Assembly: GCA_934675465.1 (NCBI GenBank)
Contig: CAKUQM010000001.1
Coordinates: 9,053 to 73,052, forward strand
DNA from: an uncultured Erysipelotrichaceae bacterium
Lineage (GTDB): Bacteria; Bacillota_I; Bacilli_A; Erysipelotrichales; Erysipelotrichaceae
Length of the DNA: 64,000 nucleotides
Reading direction: 5' to 3'
Below the pieces are notes generated by a model that searched no databases, was not told the DNA's origin, and was given only the letters and a program-made list of their open reading frames with translations. The translations under genes were made by a program, and so were the position numbers. Within the stretch, counting starts at the first letter, position 1. The number at the start of each line of letters is the position of its first letter. Shown one piece after another: positions 62,098 through 64,000 of the stretch.

Positions 62098-63457
62098 GCA
62101 TTATTTTAAAAGAATACTCATATCAATCGCAACAAGAAGAAAGGATTCTCTTTTATTACTTTTAATTATCTTTATAATGAGTTTTTTTGTTATTGTATCC
62201 ATCAGCATTTCTAGACTAGGTCACAACATATCATCCACTGTGCTAAGTTCAATGAACATGAACATTTATATTCAAAATTTAGAAATTGAACAAATAAAAG
62301 TTAAAGGTTTTGGTGCTCTGGTAAATAAAACATTAATTAATCTAGAAGATAATATCAAAGAATTAGCCGAAAAAGAGGAAGCGAATTTTGAAATTTCTTA
62401 CAGTAGTCAATTTAATACGAATTTTTATTATGCTCATATGGAAGATGACTATCCAAACGGTTTTGATGGATTCTATGACACACTTGTATATAGTGGCACA
62501 GGTATAGATGCATTTAACGAAGATGGTTTAACTATCACAAAGGGTAGATACTTTAATGAAAACGAAGAAATGGCCGCACTCATTTTAAACAACACCTATA
62601 TTAATAATGAAAAAGTGAATATTGGAGACATTCTTTCAATCAAAATAAACAATAGAATTTACGATTATCCAGTAGTAGGACTATTTGAAATTGATTATTC
62701 AAACAATACCATCAATAATAAAAAATTCTATAACGATGCAAAAGTTATCCTTTCTAAAAACAGTATGTTACAGCTATGCAATGATGCTAATATTGCGCCA
62801 AATATTTCTAGATTGGATTTTTCCTTTAAAAATGGATACCGCTATGAAGTATTAAAGGGCGAACTAGAAGAATGTATTCACGATACCATAAGAACAACTA
62901 GATTAAACGGAAGGCTTAAGAACAACTATATAGAATCAAACTATGATGAATATAAAAAACTAGTAGCGCCTTCTAATAATATGTCGATTCTTTATTCTAT
63001 AATTTCAATAATCGTTTCTTTCATCGGTTGTTTATTGCTTATAAATATCATTGTCTTTTTAAACGACAAAAGACTTAAAGAATTTGCTATCTTACAATCT
63101 CTTGGACAAAGTAAAATATTGTCGATTATATCGTTCGCGATAGAAATCTTAATAATAGCCAACATCGCTATCACCATAGCTATACCAATAGGTATTAAAA
63201 CAGCAAAAAATAGTTCCAATGAATTAATTAGAGAAAACCTTAAGATACAAGATAGACTAGCCTATATTAATAATAATCAAGAAGACATTGATATCTTTAA
63301 ACAACAAAGTGAAATCTATAAAAACTACACTATAAGTATTGCTAGCGAAGACATACTCATTATCTATGTTGTAATTAATGGCCTAGTATTGCTTTCTTGC
63401 TTATATGTATTTATTTCTATTTCTAAAATTAGACCAAGAATATTGTTGACAAAATAG
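62090..63457 (+). CDS. FtsX/MacB-type ABC transporter permease 2
   Basis: 455 aa with the same topology as permease 1. 8-nt overlap with the ATPase gene. Confidence 0.75.
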   Translation: MNKHYFKRILISIATRRKDSLLLLLIIFIMSFFVIVSISISRLGHNISSTVLSSMNMNIYIQNLEIEQIKVKGFGALVNKTLINLEDNIKELAEKEEANFEISYSSQFNTNFYYAHMEDDYPNGFDGFYDTLVYSGTGIDAFNEDGLTITKGRYFNENEEMAALILNNTYINNEKVNIGDILSIKINNRIYDYPVVGLFEIDYSNNTINNKKFYNDAKVILSKNSMLQLCNDANIAPNISRLDFSFKNGYRYEVLKGELEECIHDTIRTTRLNGRLKNNYIESNYDEYKKLVAPSNNMSILYSIISIIVSFIGCLLLINIIVFLNDKRLKEFAILQSLGQSKILSIISFAIEILIIANIAITIAIPIGIKTAKNSSNELIRENLKIQDRLAYINNNQEDIDIFKQQSEIYKNYTISIASEDILIIYVVINGLVLLSCLYVFISISKIRPRILLTK

Positions 63458-63490
63458 TCTACTCAATACTAAAGAAATTAGAAAACACTA

Positions 63491-63531
63491 AAATGGCTGA
63501 AACCCTGTTTAAAGAGAATCAGCCATTTTTT
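63491..63531 (+). terminator. terminator after the ABC operon
   Basis: AAATGGCTGA ... TCAGCCATTT followed by TTT. Confidence 0.75.
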
Positions 63532-63546
63532 ATTGTCTCCAAAGAC

Positions 63547-63581
63547 AATAAAAATCCTTTCGTAACACAAACCGAAAGGAT
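63547..63581 (-). terminator. terminator after the glgB-like gene
   Basis: ATCCTTTCG ... CGAAAGGAT then TTTTTATTG on the minus strand. Confidence 0.7.
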
Positions 63582-63682
63582 AGCCCAATAGTTCTTTTAG
63601 TAGTTAACAATAAATTTAGAAACCAGGAGGAACCATTAAGCTCATTTAAATTTTACCACACACACAAAAAGAAGCGCTATTA

Positions 63683-64000
63683 TTACGCTTCTTTCTTAGT
63701 TTTAGTCTTTGTTGTAGCCTTTTTTACCGCACTCTTTTTAGAAGGAGCTGGCTCTTTCTTAGCTCTTGTAGTCTTAGTAGAAGTAGTCTTCTTAACAGAA
63801 GTTGCCTTCTTCACTTTACCTTCAACCTTGGTTCTTTTCTTTACTGTTGGCTTTTTAAGTTTAGTCTTTAGCACAATACCTGCAAATGGGGCAACAGTTA
63901 GCTTAATACTATTATCTAGCTTATGGAAAGGTTCAGCCTTAGATCTGATTGCCTTGGCATTAACTTGACCACAACCACCATACTTCTCAGCTTCAGAGTT
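63683..64000 (-). CDS. glgB: C-terminal end of a GH13 1,4-alpha-glucan branching enzyme-like protein with a Lys/Thr-rich tail (partial; the N-terminus lies beyond the right edge)
   Basis: The ORF-track entry 63683-63874 starts at an internal GTG. The frame stays open to base 64000: NSEAEKYGGCGQVNAKAIRSKAEPFHKLDNSIKLTVAPFAGIVLKTK..., which matches the usual GlgB C-terminus pattern (NSD-x-YGGSG ... LPPL-x-VL). Confidence 0.6.
   Translation of the reverse strand, partial: NSEAEKYGGCGQVNAKAIRSKAEPFHKLDNSIKLTVAPFAGIVLKTKLKKPTVKKRTKVEGKVKKATSVKKTTSTKTTRAKKEPAPSKKSAVKKATTKTKTKKEA

Overview
This is a 64-kb chromosomal window from a low-GC Gram-positive bacterium, roughly one-third GC by eye. It uses the standard genetic code: TGA is a stop, for example in the ATGA stop/start overlap at 1149-1152. 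Protein sequences and gene content look like a gut Firmicute of the Erysipelotrichales/Coprobacillus type, but that is an impression and not a search result. Most of the window is core metabolism. Left to right it holds: a cellobiose-type PTS operon with a PRD activator, continued by two tandem enoate-reductase-like flavoproteins and a GH1 6-phospho-beta-glucosidase that runs off the left edge; an amino-acid ABC transporter divergent from an Rrf2 (CymR-like) regulator; an M29 aminopeptidase and TrhA; argS; a complete arginine deiminase operon (arcA-arcB-arcC plus a YfcC-type carrier); two tandem tRNA-Arg(UCU) genes; a J-domain/zinc-ribbon membrane pair; gap; a ridA - PTS EIIBC - aminotransferase - YheO operon divergent from a second GH1 gene; pdxK, ilvE and type III glutamine synthetase; nnr, a pseudouridine synthase and deoC; tgt-queA-queH; a complete IS200/IS605 element (tnpA + tnpB); a ferredoxin-like gene and a Crp/Fnr regulator; oleate hydratase with a TetR regulator; the str operon (rpsL-rpsG-fusA-tuf); a COG0523 pair plus a CcdA-thioredoxin fusion; a secreted protein with an FtsX-ATPase-FtsX ABC transporter; and the 3' end of a glgB-like gene. 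There is no CRISPR array, rRNA or prophage. The items I consider most worth follow-up are: (1) an unclassified 50%-GC structured RNA with its own promoter and an SD-sequestering terminator, upstream of a 37-codon sORF and an orphan 193-aa protein (34.7-35.8 kb); (2) the IS605-family element, whose 485-aa TnpB keeps the RuvC triad but has lost all zinc-finger cysteines and which abuts the queH stop codon; (3) a possible leaderless Arg-codon-rich leader peptide running into an intrinsic terminator in front of arcA; (4) the reductase pair embedded in a glycoside PTS locus; (5) the COG0523/CcdA-thioredoxin operon; (6) the secreted-protein/dual-FtsX ABC operon. All functional calls come from reading the translations and motifs by eye. 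No database search was run.
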